Shown: in pieces, positions 46,700-60,400 of the stretch
Layout of the letters: every line of letters starts with the position of its first letter
Numbering within the stretch: the first letter of the stretch is position 1
DNA from: Squalus acanthias
Taxonomy: Eukaryota
Assembly: GCA_030390025.1 (NCBI GenBank)
Contig: CM059431.1
Location: 123,940,001-124,004,000, forward strand
Length of the DNA stretch: 64,000 bases
Direction of reading: 5' to 3'
The notes under the pieces: generated by a model
What the model saw: only the letters and a program-made list of their open reading frames with translations
Databases searched by the model: none
Told to the model about the DNA's origin: nothing
Program-made: the position numbers and the translations under genes

Positions 46700-47868
46700 C
46701 TTCAACCTTCTAAACTCAAGGTAATACTAGCCAAGTTTATGCAACCTGCCTGCATAATTTAACACTTTAAGCCCAGGTATTATTCTGGTGAATCTACGTT
46801 GTACCCCTTCCACGGTCAATATATCATTCTGGAGGTTCAGTGCTCAAAACTGATCCAAAGTGGGTGACCTCACATTTCCCCTATTGAACTCCATCCGCCA
46901 TATTTTTGCCCATTCACTTAGTCTGTCTATATCCTTTTGTAACTTCCTGCTCTCATCAACACAACTTACTGCATCTCGTAACTTAGCGTCATCTGCAAAC
47001 ATGGATAAACAACTCTCTATTCCTTCATCAAACCCTTGAGGGGTTCATACCAAATTCCTGTCTGCTCTTTTACCTGCGGCATTTAACTGGGGGTTTGTCT
47101 TAAATGGGTTAACACCTCTGTTAAAATAGCAGTGAAAAATTTGATCCAAATGCATTAAACCATTGTATGATAATGCTGCCTTAGTAATTTGCAGATTTAT
47201 ATCTTCCTGGATTTACAGAGAAATGCCCCCAAAAGACAATGTTATGGATAGGGTCTTCCCTTTTGAAATATATTGTTTATCCACAGGTGAATCAAATTGT
47301 TTTAATTTGATTTTCATCGTTTCCTCTATCTGGTTTTCCTACTCCTTTGTATGACAGGGCCCTTACCATAATTTCCAATGAAATAGTTTTGCTTCTGTGA
47401 AGTTCACTGACCTTATTGAATAATTAACTCGTAGAAGTGAATTGAATTGAATTCTGTGAATTTCATAATTAGCTTTTCTATTGCTGATATTCTCTTCAGC
47501 ATAGCATTTGCTTTTTGTCACTCAAAGACCCTCTTTTTATGTCGGAATTATTCTGAAATCTATAAGGTGGTAAATTGCTGTGCGTTAGTGCTAATATAAT
47601 GTTAATGTGCAAAAATTTGGTGTGCTAGCATCAATGGGGCATTAATGAATTTGTGCCTTGCTCCCAAAACTCCCCCCAGGATTAAATTGGTTAAAACACA
47701 AAGCAGTCATTTATGATTCTTTAGGCTTATTAAGGACTTATTAAGCATCAATTAAAGCCAAAAATACAAATTAACTCAAGCTTCTCTTCCAACCTGTATC
47801 AATTAATGATGCCAACTATAAAGCTGGCATTTAAGCTGCAAAGAGACTCACTACAGCTTCAGCATGGA

Positions 47869-48140
47869 AAGAGCCAAATTCAGAACTATCGGGGTCCTGG
47901 GCACCAAGAACATTTGTAGCCCCTCTCACACAGCACGACCCCCCCCCGATCTATTAAAACACAAACGTGTAATAAAATGCATGAAGAAATAGGCCCGTAG
48001 AATGTTTACATACTGCACAGATAATAAAGCAAAGCAATTAAATGAAACTGCTTATTTGCATGGGGCCTCGAGCGGGATGCCCATATTTGGCTGGGGCCCT
48101 AGGCACAGGTCCAGCAGGCGCGTGAGTTAATTGGCCCCTG
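47869..48140. mobile_element. hAT-type MITE
   Basis: 8-bp TSD AGCATGGA/AGCATCGA (7/8). Degenerate TIRs AAGAGCCAAATT / AATTGGCCCCTG. GGGGCCC subterminal motifs. Confidence 0.65.
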
Positions 48141-48917
48141 AGCATCGAGCAAAGTTGAAGACATTGTAAATAGTTATAAAGAACTACTGCAGTCCTCACA
48201 TTTGCATGATGCATCAGCGTCTAATTCTCCATTTGGGAACATTTTTTATCCATTTTCAGTTCTTCCATCCTGTTTTTAGCACTTCTGATATGCAGGGTCG
48301 ATACAAACATGACTTTTCCTTTACAGCTAAAAGTTTATATAAAGATTTAATTGTGATCACTTCTACCCAGAAATGCAAGAAGATTAGCTCTTTACGTTTA
48401 ATTATGGATTGCCTTTTAACAACCTGAAGCCATCTAGCTCTTTGGACCAAAACTGCGTCCAATCCATTATGTATTATCTCAAGGTTTCAGTAACTACAGC
48501 TCCATGACAGAATATAATATGCTGACTGAATATTGATCCTGCAATTACGATTTTACTAAAAATTTGTGGATAAATTCTGCAAATGATCCCGAATTACACA
48601 TAAACGTACCTCCCAAGAATCAGTACCTGAATCCAATTTTAAAGCAATGCTACGTCTTTTATGCTAGAAGATCAATATGTTTTGTAATTATAACATTTAA
48701 TTTTGTTCAAGCCAATTATACTTTCACATTCTCCACCATGAGGGAAATTCAGCTACAGAGTAACCAGGTTAATTCTAAACGACAGTCATGGTCCAATTGG
48801 ATAAGTTCATATACGCATAGAGCTGCAACTGTATATTAAGCAGAGCCTACTCTCATTAGAACCCAGAGTTCAATGCTGGAGGGCTCATTCTCACAAGCCA
48901 CACAATTCAGAAAATAA

Positions 48918-49656
48918 GGGGGGAGAAATTTGAGGGGCTAAAACTTCGCAAGCGGAAAAATTATCGGCAGGTGCTAATGATGAGAGGCTCCCGTGAAATT
49001 CAGTTGTAGTGCTCCAAGAGGGAAGTGGAGCGCTAAATCAAGCACTACCACTTCCCTTAGAGCGGTAAAGGGAGTGCGAGGGGAGGTATCGGCAGAGCGC
49101 TGATCAATGTTCCATGCAGCGCTGCCGGATTCGCAGGCTCCTTCCCGCCCTTAAAGGGAAGGGCCAATGCTCACAGCAGTTAAAGGTAAGGCTGGGGATG
49201 GGTCAGCGACGGCACCTGCGATCCGCGAGGAGCAGCCCCAAGCTCTCTAAGAGAGGGCAGGGCCGATCAGGCAATAAGAAATTAGAAAAAGCAGCACAAG
49301 GGGTGAGAAAAATTTTTGGCCTACCTGCCACCAATCCCTTTAATTACCGCTCCCCAAGCGGCCGACCGAGGTCACAACGCCTCCTGCAGCTGCCGTTGCT
49401 GACGCCCGGCAAAGCTGCAGGGAGCGGAAACGAGTTTCGGATCCGGGGCGGTAACGGGGCGATGCACACCGGATGACGTCAGGATCTCTGGGGCGCTGGA
49501 GATCGAGGCGGTAAGTTTTACCGCTGGCCCTACCCCCCATTGAATTTTGCGGGAGTCGTTTCTTTCGCCGCGCCCGGTCAGTAAGTCGTTAGTGCCCCGT
49601 TAATGCCCCCCCAGAGGTGCTAACGGGAGGCGCAAAGGAGGCCAATTTCTAGCCCC
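48918..49656 (-). mobile_element. Non-autonomous Harbinger element (same family as 36074-37448)
   Basis: TIRs GGGGGGAGAAATT / AATTTCTAGCCCC. Flanks TAA/TAG. Reverse-complement homology to 36074-36700. Confidence 0.8.
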
Positions 49657-49789
49657 TAGGATTTTAACCCTACTCGCTTAGCAGAAACCTGGTGGGTGGG
49701 CAGTCGGCTCTTCCCTGTCCGAAATCTGCCAGGATCACAACATCTGCAAATTTAACCTGCTCTCCTGAGCAGGCAGCAAGGAGTTTCGC

Positions 49790-50139
49790 GGCGGTGCTAC
49801 GGCGTTGCACCCCAATCTCCTTCGCCCGGAGATCATGACATCATCACCGTGCGCATCGCCCCAGTAGCGCCCTGGACCCGAAATTGACTTCCATCCCCTG
49901 CAGCAGCACCGGCCGAAAACAATGACAGCTGCAGGAGGCGTGCGTCGGGCGGCTGGCTGCTTCGGGGGCGATGATTAAAGGCGAGGTGGCTAAGGTAAGT
50001 AAAAAAAAAAATTACCTTTCTTGTTCCAGTTTTTTTCGAGGGTTCCTGCCCGCGATTGATCTGCCCAGCAGTCTGGCGCTGATTTTCTCAATTTTTAAAA
50101 GTTAACGCCCCAAACGGGGCTATAATGAATTTCTCCCCC
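49790..50139 (+). mobile_element. Partial copy of the same non-autonomous Harbinger family
   Basis: Matches 36200-36420 and ends in the TIR AATTTCTCCCCC followed by TAA. Confidence 0.7.
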
Positions 50140-50597
50140 TAAGTTCGATAGATTTTTCTTGGGTAATGCTATCAAGGGATATGGAACAAAGGTGAATAAA
50201 TGGATCAGGCATGAACTAATTCATTAGCGGAACTGGATCAAGGGGCTGAATGGCTTAATTCTGTTCCTGTGTTCCTATACTGTCATTAGGTAGTGACTGC
50301 TATTTTAGTCAGTGGCCTAAGCGGAGAAGCCATTGTGATTTTCCTGCCAGGGGGCGCTACAGAGAAGAAGAGTCAGGGCGAGAAGAGGCTTAAAGAGGTA
50401 TGTTGTTTTAAGGCATTTTTAATTTTCATTGTGAGACCCAGAAGATTAGGAGTGCACCTTCCAGCCCCATCAGGAACACACTTGGCCTGCTCTCCCACGG
50501 GCTCCCCCTCTCCCCATCGCAGGGCTCTTCTGAAAACCTCTCCTTGAACTTAAGGGAGTGCTAGGGATCGTTTCTTTGGTCCCCGCCAGTGGCCTCC

Positions 50598-51478
50598 TAG
50601 GAACATAGGAACATGGGAATAGGAGTAGGCCATTCAGCCCCTCGAGCCTGTTCTGCCATTCAATGAGATCATGGCTGATCTGTAAACTAACTCCACATAC
50701 CTGCTTTTGGCCCATATCCCTCAATACCGTTGGTTAACAAAAATCTATCAATCTCAGATTTAAAATGACCAATTGATCTGGCATCAATTACTGTTTACGG
50801 AAGAGAGTTCCAAACTTCCACCACCCTTTGTGTGTAGAAGTGTTTCCTAATTTCACTCCAGAAAGGTCTGGCTCTAATTTTTAGACAATGCTCCCTAGCC
50901 CTAGACTCCCCAACCAGCGGAAATAGTTTCTCTCTATCTACTCAATCTGTTCCCCTTAATATATTGAAAACTTCGATCAAATCACCACTTTACCTTCTAA
51001 ATTCGAGGGAATACAATCCTAATTTGTGTAATCTCTCCACGTAATTTAATCCTCGGAGTCTGGGTATCATTCTGGTAAGCCTGCGCTGCACTCCTTCCAA
51101 GGCCAATATATCCTTCCTAAGCTGTGATGCCCAGAACTGTTCACAGTCCGCCAGGTGTGGTTTAACCAGGGCTTTGTATAGCTGTAGCATAACTTCTACC
51201 CCCTTGTACTCTCGTCCTCTAGATATAAAGGCCAGCATTCCATTAGCCTTTTTGATTATTCTCTGTACCTGTTCATGACATTTCTCAAGTCTCTTTGGAT
51301 ATCCACTGATTTTAGCTTTTCATCATTTATAAAATACTCTGTTCTATCCTTTTTAGGTCCAAAGTGGATAACCTCACATTTGCCAACATTGAAGTCCATT
51401 TGCCATAGTGTTGCCCACGCACTTAATCTATCAATATCCCTTTGCAATTTTCTGCTTTCATCTACACTGACTGCAATG
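50598..51478 (-). mobile_element. CR1 3' fragment
   Basis: LQRDIDRLSAWATLWQMDFNVGKC, LQLYKALVKPHL and a 3' tail (TTCCTATG)n. Confidence 0.9.
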
Positions 51479-52378
51479 CTGCCTGACATTCCGCTCCCAG
51501 CTACCGGCCAGCCACCACTTCCCACCGGTTTCGGGTGGGTAACTGACCCGGGGCATACTGATGAGACCCAGGAGTTAAAACTACCTGGGTTTCATGCTGC
51601 CAAAGCCAGAGGCATTTGTTTCTCACTGCAACCCCCACCTGCCTGATTCCCATCTCAACTTAGAATCGGGGTTTATGTGTCTGTTACCGTGAGTCCTGTC
51701 TCCATCCATTATTTTATGCACAATTTACCATTAGTACTCCACAAGTTAGGTGGCCCAAATTGTCATTGCATTATACTTGAGAAGATATAGCCATCTGTTC
51801 ATGACAAATCAAATTAATTACTTACACAGAGTAAATAGGGTTTCTGCCAATCCTCCACCAAAGTTACAGCAGCTGATTGGAGCAACTCCAGGAAATTCCC
51901 AGCACATATTTCTTAGGGAAAGTGTATATCAGCAGATTTCCAAGGAGAAGGTAAGATGGGCTGGGAGTAAGAGAGATTAAAGACGACAGGAGTAAATTCA
52001 GAGGCACATATCTTGAAAATGATGAGGGAGAGTAGATACCATGGCAACCAGAGGATACACTTACATTGTCTGAAGTGTAATTTTATCACATCTTTAGCAG
52101 GTTAGCAATAATGGAGCAATACTGTCTGAGTCTGGGTCGTGATTTTTCAAACCTATGAAGAACCAGAAAAACAAACTAATAGCTCAAACAGTAGTTGAGT
52201 CTGTGATTGTGTATCAACAATGCACTCACTAATACTGTACTAAGAAGCTGAGGACAGGAGGTCAACTGAAGAATTTAATCTGTAACCTCAATTTTTAAAT
52301 TAGCTCTCCAATCCTAAATTCCCCAGTACAATGCAGGCAATTGTCCATTAATACTTCAGCAGCACAATAAAAAGCAAC

Positions 52379-53740
52379 GGCCACGATTTCCCCAACCTCG
52401 GCGGGTCCGTGGCAGGCGACGTCGGTGACGGGTCCCGACCTCGCTGTTGGCTCCATCCCGCACTGTTGAAGCGATTTTCCATCCAACACGTTTCCCGGCC
52501 AATTGAAGGATGCAGGTCTGATGACGTCATTTGATGATGCGTCAGCAGCCGGTTTCCTTAAAGGGACCATGCGTAAATTGATTTTGACAGTTGTGCTGTC
52601 AGTGTTCTACAGCATTGAGGTGCTGCAAACACTGACAAGCACTGCACAGAGGTGCACGGCTGCACCCAGGCTCTCCCATGACTCCCTCCATATGGTTATG
52701 GAGGGAGACACAGCACGCAGGGAGGTTCTCTTCCCTTCCAATGGGTGGAAGAGACCTCCCCCGGAGCCCAACGCAGCCTGGTTGCACATTGCACAGGTGC
52801 AAACCCTTCAATGATCTCAGTAGATCATGAAACATTACTGCAAAGCCACACTCAGCCTCATCTTGCTGTGCCACTCACCACATCCTCTTCGCTCTGCCTT
52901 CCCTACCCTACTCCTGCACATCCTTACTCACACCAACTCACCTTGCACCTCCACCCATCCCTCTCTATCTACATTATTACTTCCCCATCTCACTAGCCAC
53001 CCCTCACACACACACTCTTCCTAGTGCAATCATACCAACTAACAACACACAAGGGTAGCCACTTGGGTGTTTTAGCCACTGTTCATGTAAAGTTTCTGTT
53101 AATGTGGTGTCAAACATTGAAACCTTTATTTTCAACACTTTGCATTCTTGGACAGATCTGAGTGCACTTTTGTAAGTGGCTTAGTGAGTAGCAGTGAATG
53201 GTGAGACATAACGGTAACCCCCGCAATGGTGATGAGTGTTAAAGGAATAGCTTGGGCATTGTAGGGATGCTTTATGCTGTTGGTGTGGGGTGATGCCAAC
53301 CTGGTGCATCATGCGTCAAGCGAAATAAGTCTGGTCATGGTGAGGCCATCCCTTGTATCCCAGGCAGCAACGTGGCCAGGTGCTGATGCCCTCTGTCCTG
53401 TGCAGCATCAGTTGATTGTGGAGAAGGTTGGTGTTGTTGTTGGTGCTGCTGGTGTGTCTGGTGCTGCTGGTGTTGGGGCTGATCATGGTGGAATTCTGAG
53501 GACCATGGTGAGATAGTTTCAAGGGCACCGATGCTGATGTAATAGATGGCAGGTGAGGTTAAGATGACAGAAGCGAACTGTCAGTGGTGAGAGAGGTTGT
53601 TCCAATGAGGTGACACTGGATAGAGAGTTTGCTCCAAACACTTGCAACCTGCATAAAGCTCAATCTGTCTTCCAAATGCAGTAAGCAACAGCTTCTGAGC
53701 TTGGAAAGTGAACAGCTGTGAGATGGGAGCTTTTATAAGC
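52379..53740 (+). mobile_element. Non-autonomous Harbinger element with a degenerate Myb exon; distal end lost at a CR1 junction
   Basis: TIR GGCCACGATTTCC. APRLSHDSLHMVMEGDTARREVLFP...WLHIAQ. Inverted homologue of 56828-62075. Confidence 0.75.
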
Positions 53741-53789
53741 AAGTAGCACAGAGTCCAGTTCGACGGAATACTGCTTCTATAGAGTACTA

Positions 53790-55250
53790 AACTCAGAATT
53801 CGATGAATGAGGGAATTCGGTGCATTGAGGAAAGTGGTGCTGTTCTGATATTTTTAAAAGCAAGGAGCGGTCCAAGCGAGCGAGCGTGAGACAGCGATAC
53901 CTGAGAGCTGAGGTCTAGAGACAGTAATTAAAATTAATAGTTTAAACAAGATACTAATTAGCTTCTGAAAGAGGGAATAGACATTTTTTAGATCGTGAAT
54001 GGGCAGCTGATACCTGTTGCTTGCAATTCCTGCGCCATGTGGGAACTTCAGGACACTTCGTGTGTCTTGGGGGACCATGTGTGTAGGAAGTGTTTCCAGC
54101 TGCTTGAGCTCGAGCTCAGGGTTTCCGAGCTTGAGGAGCAGCTCGAGTCACTGGGAAGCATCAGGGAGGCTGAGAGTTTCCTGGACCGTACGTTCCAGGA
54201 GGTGGCCACCCCACAGGCAGAGAGAGTTCAGGATAGTAAATGGGTGGTCATCAGAAGAGGCAGGAAGTGCAGGAGTCTTCGGGGTGTGTGTTACTCTCAA
54301 ACCGATATGCAGCATTGGAAACTGCTGGGAGTGATGACACCTTGAAGGAGTGCAGTCCAGACCATGGCACCAATGAGCAAGGGACTGCCCAGGGGGGATC
54401 AGCAAAGCATAGAAATGCAGTCGTTATAGGAGATTCCATAGTATGGGGGACAGACAGGCATTTCTGTAACCGTCACTGTGAGTCCCACATGGTGTGTTGC
54501 CTCTCTGGTGCCAGGGTAAAGGACATCATGGAGAGGGTGCAGAATATTCTGCATGGAGAAGGGAGTGAGCCAGAAGTTGTGGTACACACCAGTACCAACG
54601 ACATAGAGAGGGCAGGTACTGAGGTCCTACAGTCAGACTTTGAGGAGCTAGGGAGGAAGTTAAAAAGTAGGACTTCAAAGGTAGTAATCTCTGGATTACT
54701 CCCAGTGCCACGTGCCAGCGAGAGTAGAAATAGGAAGATAGGGAGGATCAATGCGTGGCTTGAGGCATGGTGCAGGAGGAGGGCTTCAGATTCTTGGGGC
54801 ATTGGGACCAGTTCTGGGGCAGGAGGCACCTATTCAAAAGGGACGGGTTGCACCTCAACAGGACTGGGACCAATGTCCTCGCGGGGAGGTTCACTAGTGT
54901 GGTTGGGGAGGGTTTAAACTAAATTGGCAAGGGTGTGGGTACCAGCATATAGAAGTAGAAAAGAGGAATAATGTGCATAAAGGAGGGAGCGTGTTGGATA
55001 GTACTAGAGAAGGAAGGAGTATCATATTAGATAGGAGCAGACTACGAAGGACTACAAGGAATACAAAGACAGGTTTGGAATGCATGTATGTAAACGTACA
55101 AAGTGTGGTGAATAAGGTTGGTGAGCTACAAGCACAATTAGCCATGTGGGAATATGCTGTAGTGGCAATAATGGAAATGTGGTGAGGACTGGGTGCTTAA
55201 TATTCACAGATACAAGGTGTTCAGAAAAGATAGGGAAGGAAAAAAGGGAG
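53790..55250 (+). mobile_element. CR1 5' portion (UTR, frameshifted ORF1, start of ORF2), 3'-truncated
   Basis: CNSC-x14-CRKC, LSNRY, VIGDSIV, HTSTND, ...GEGLN*, then CMYVNVQSVVNK and YKVFRKDR. Confidence 0.9.
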
Positions 55251-57420
55251 GTTTTTTGCTTGAAGATATTTTCCAGCAGTGGGGAGCTGTGGGGGGTGAG
55301 AGTGGGGTGGGGGTGGGGGCGGGGGTTGGCAGTGGGCGGGGAGCTGAATTGATCTTTAACCCAACCCCTCTATGTCACAGAGGCATGCATGGGGACTTCA
55401 CTGGGAAATTCTGCCTCTTATGCTATCCTTGGGCCGATGGCAGGATTCACTCCAGCTAACTGCTGGCCTGAGACCTGAACAAAGGCCCTGAATCTTTACT
55501 CAGGAAAGCTGCTATGGAGAAATCCACTCACCACCTTTATGGAGTGGTGTCTGACCACTTCACACAAGTACTGTCCAACCTGAAGCACATGGCATTTCCA
55601 CAGCCACTTGCAACAGAGTCCCCCTTAACAGAGTCCCTAGTCTAGCTATAGGTTCTCTGGGGAATGGTGTAACTTTTAGAGAGACCTTAGGCTCGAATGT
55701 CCATTGCTTTACCTTGCCACGGTTCACCATGCTGGAGAATCAGTTGCACAGGACCCAGACACAGGGTTTCAACAACCTTAATACCGCTCTGCGATTTGCT
55801 CCAGCACAAATCATAAGACATTCTGAGGTAACACCTAGCAGCATTAGCATGGCATTTACCACTCCATTCAAATGATGTCACACCTTGCCAGAAAGATGTC
55901 ACAGCCAGGCAGCCACTGTAGTGATGCCATCAGTTGTAGAGCCATCTGATTCACATGTATAGAGGTACAGGGCCTCTGCTTTCTAAAAGGATCCTTTCAG
56001 ATTGAGAAACTGCCACCTCACTTCCGTCTCCCACTGGAGTTGCATGACCACGAAAAAAACTCCAGTGGCAGCAACGCAGGTCAGATGCTAAAAGTTGCCC
56101 AATGCAATCTCGTTCTGTGATTTTCAGACCCTTGTGCTAGTCGCACGCATGTCCAATGGATGCATTGCAACGCAATGTTTTCTCTTATATGTTCATAACG
56201 TAGTATGCACAATGCAGAGATTTCCTCCAATTGCTATTTCTAGCAAAATCATAAACACATTCTTTTAGAATGCTTTTGAAATTTCACTAAAAATAGCAAA
56301 TATAGAAAATCGTCTGGTATTATTTACAATGTCACTAACACACAAGCACTAGAAGAAATCATCTCCCATGATTTATTGAAACTAGCATAGGGCGGGAAAC
56401 AAAAGTGCAACAAAGCTTGGATGTGATAAAAAAAACATTAATGTCATCTTTTCCTAGGCACATTGGCCTGGAAATTCCTGGGGCCCCGTTACACCGGTGT
56501 TAAGTGCAACAGAGTGAAACTCCCCATCCGCCTTAGCCCCAGGCTGGAAATCCCATCCCAAATCTTGGGTCCAGGGTCATTTGAATATCTGTGATGGTTC
56601 TCCATTAACTGCAAGGGTGCATCAGCAATGCTTGCCCCAGCTCGACCCGGTCCACCCTTCTAAGGCAGTGTGGCATCTTGCCACTCTGACTGAAGCCCAA
56701 CTGGACTGAAGAATTTTGTTTATGAGCTCTGCTTCCACTGGAGCCACTCTAAAGCTTAAGAAGGTAATTCATTCTCTCCAGCAGGCTGTACTAGATAGAG
56801 AGTAATGTCAAGTTGGGGTGATATACTGGCCGCTATTTTGCCAGTGCTCAGCGGACCTGATTGGTGGCAGGTCAGCTGTGAAATTTAAAATGATTGACAT
56901 CGAGTCAGGAACCCACTGTCAAAACGCACACACCTGCATTTCCCGATGTTGGGTCTGCCAGCGCTGAGCAGACCCGACAGGCAGCGGCGGGGGACCCAAT
57001 TCAAATCATTAGTGGCTTGTTTGCAGCCACTTATCAATGCTTTTTTTCCCAGCTTTTTAACTTTCACATGTCTCCCACTGGTTTCACGCTGTGCCTGGAC
57101 CTCGTCAGTGAAGCTGAGGTGGGAGGTCAGTGGCCATTGAATCAGCTGATGAGTTGACAGCTTCAAATGTCAACTCAAAGCTCCCAGCTAATTCAGATAT
57201 CTTCCCTTAAGCACTAGCATCTCTAAACAGCATTTCCACTACAGATTCAGGATGCTGCAAGTCTTTACACAAGTCTCCATGCAATCTGACCTCGTTACGT
57301 CTCCCACTATTGACAGATCGCTTCTGTCATCTCTACTCCACCTGCCACCTATTCCATCAGCATGGGTGCACTTTATACTCTCTCACCTTGGTCCTCAAAA
57401 TCCCACCACGATCACTCACC

Positions 57421-60400
57421 CGAGACTCCAGGATGGTAATTTGCCTCCCTGGTGCAAGGGTCAAGGATGTCTCGGCGCGGGTGCAGAACATTCTGGAGGG
57501 GGAGGGGGAACAGCCAGTTGTCATGATACATGTTGGTACCAACGACGTAGCTAAAAAAAGGGAAGAGGTCCTACAAGTAGAATTTAGGGAGTTAGGAGCC
57601 AAGCTAAAAAGTAGGACCTCGAAGGTAGTAATCTCTGGATTACTACCAGTGCCACGTGCTAGTAAGAGTACAGAGAACAGGATAGTTAGGCTAAATACGT
57701 GGCTTGAGCAGTGGTGTAAGAGGGAGGGTTTTAAATTTTTGAGGCATTGGGACCAGTTTTGTGGTAGGTGTGACCTATACAAAAGGGACGGTCTACACCT
57801 GTGCAAAGATGGAACTGATGTTCTCGGGGTAAATTTTGATAAAGCAGTTCGGGAGCATTTAAACTAGTATGGCAGGGGGCTAGAAACCCATGTAGTGAAA
57901 TAGAGGAAAGTGAAAGGCAGACAGAAATAAATGGTAAAAAGGAGAGGAACAAAAAACAAAGGGCCAAACTAATTCATAAAAAATGTGAGCATAAAAAAAG
58001 CCTGAGGGTTTTATACCTTAATGCGAGAAGCATCAGGAACAAGGTAGATGAATTAGCTGTGGAAATAGAGGTTAATAATTATGATCTAATTGGGATTACG
58101 GAAACATGGTTGCAGGGTGAGCAGGGCTGGGAGCTTAACATACAGGGGTATTCAGTATTTAGGAAGGATCGACAAAAAAGAAAGGGAGGAGGGGTAGCAT
58201 TGCTGGTAAAAGAGGGGATAAATGCAATTGAAAGGAAGGATATTAACTCAGTTAATACAGAATCTATATGGGTGGAGCTAAGAAATAGCGAGGGGCGAAA
58301 AACATTAATAGGAGTGGTATATAGGCCTCCAAATAGTAAAATAGAGGTTGGGGAGGGCATCACGAGGGAAATTAGAGAAGCGTGCAATAAGAGCACAGCT
58401 GTCATCATAGGTGACTTTAACTTACATATAGATTGGACTAGCCTAATCAGTAAAAATAATGAGGAGGAGGAATTCCTTGAGTGTTTAAGGGATGGTTATC
58501 TGGATCAATATGTCGAGGAACCAACTCGGGAACAGGCTATATTGGACTGGGTACTGTGCAATGAGAAGGGACTAATTAGTAATCTTGTTGTACGGGGACC
58601 CTTGGGTCAGAGCGATCATAACATGATCGATTTCTCACTCGAAATGGAGAGCGAAGAAATTGACTCGGAGACTCAGGTCCTGAATTTAAACAAGGGGAAT
58701 TATGATGCCATTAGACGGGAACTGAGTAGGTCTGATTGGACAACGTTCCTGGGAGGACTGGAGGTAGATAAACAATGGCAAGCATTTAAAGATAGAATGA
58801 CAAAATTGCAAAAATTGTTTATACCAATCTGGCATAAAAGGAAATCTAAAAAGGTGACTCAACCGTGGATAACAGGGGAAATTAGAGACAGCATAAAATC
58901 CAAAGATAGGGCGTATAAAATAGCCAAAAAACGCGCCAGAGCGGAAGATTGGGAACAGTTTAAGATAGAGCAAAGGAGGGCAAAGGGCTTAATCAAGAAG
59001 GGCAAAATAGCTTACGAAAGCAAGCTGGCGGAAAATATAAAAACTAACTCCAAAAGCTTTTATAAGTATATCAAGAGGAAAAGACTGGTGAAAACCAAAG
59101 TTGGTCCATTGCAGTCAGATACGGGGGAATATATAATGGGAAATAAGGAAATGGCAGACCAACTAAATGCATACTTTGGGTCAGTCTTTACGAAGGAAGA
59201 CACAAAAAACCTCCCTGGGATATCGGGAAAAATAGGGACATTGGCAAAGGAGGAACTGACGCAAATCAATATCTCTAAGGATATGGTGTTAAGGAAGCTA
59301 AAGGGATTGAAGGCGGACAAATCCCCAGGGCCTGATAACATGCATCCTAGGGTACTGAAGGAGGTGGCCCTAGAGATAGCGGATGCACTAAGCATGATTT
59401 TTCAGAATTCATTAGACTCGGGAACAGTGCCCATGGATTGGAGGGTAGCTAACGTTACCCCACTATTCAAAAAGGGGGGTAGGGAAAAAGCAGGTAATTA
59501 CAGACCTGTAAGCCTTACATCAGTTGTGGGCAAAATGCTGGAGTCCATCATTAAGGATGAAATAGCCGAGCACTTAGCAAATGGGGACAGGATAGGACAG
59601 AGTCAACATGGATTTACAAAGGGTAAATCGTGCTTGACTAATCTATTGGAATTTTTTGAGGGAGTAACTGGTAAAATAGATGGGGGAGAGCCAGTAGATG
59701 TGGTGTACCTGGACTTCCAAAAGGCCTTCGATAAGGTCCCACATAAAAGATTAGCATGGAAAATTGAAGCTCATGGGATAAAGGGGAAAGTATTGACGTG
59801 GATAGAGAACTGGCTGTCAGATAGAAAACAGAGAGTTGGAATAAACGGCTCATTTTCTGAATGGCAGGCAGTAACAAGTGGGGTACCACAGGGATCTGTC
59901 CTGGGTCCCCAGCTGTTCACAATTTATATTAATGACCTGGATCAGGGAGTCGAATGCAGCATTTCCAAATTTGCAGACGACACTAAACTAGGAGGGGGGG
60001 TGGGCTCAGAGGAGGAGACCAGGAAGCTCCAGAGCGATTTGGACAGACTGGGTGATTGGGCGGATAAATGGCAGATGCACTATAATGTGGACAAGTGCGA
60101 AGTTATCCACCTTGGGTGCAGGAACGGGAGGGCAAATTATTATTTAAATGGCAATAAATTGGGAGAGGGGGAAGTACAGAGAGACCTGGGTGTTCTTGTA
60201 CACCAGTCACTGAAGGCGAGCATGCAGGTGCAACAGGCGGTCAAGAAGGCAAACGGTATGCTGGCCTTCATAGCAAAAGGGTTGGAATACAGGAACAGGG
60301 ATACCTTGCTGCAGCTGTACAGGGCACTGGTGAGACCACACCTCGAGTACTGTGTACAGTTTTGGTCGCCTCATCTGAGGAAAGATGTTCTTGCCATGGA

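Larger units (their letters stand above)
39595..47030 (-). mobile_element. Old CR1 3' fragment that hosts the long-LTR element (39595-39893 and 46700-47030)
   Basis: CR1 3' tail at ~39595-39665. CTTGATTAGATCA... before the insertion continues as ...CAACCTTCTAAACTC after it. An FADDAK motif lies near 46990. Confidence 0.8.

Noticed and set aside
58059..58061. ORF-track start of the 916-aa ORF2
   Set aside because: It is a GTG inside the endonuclease domain, downstream of the conserved YLNARS motif, so it is not a credible start.
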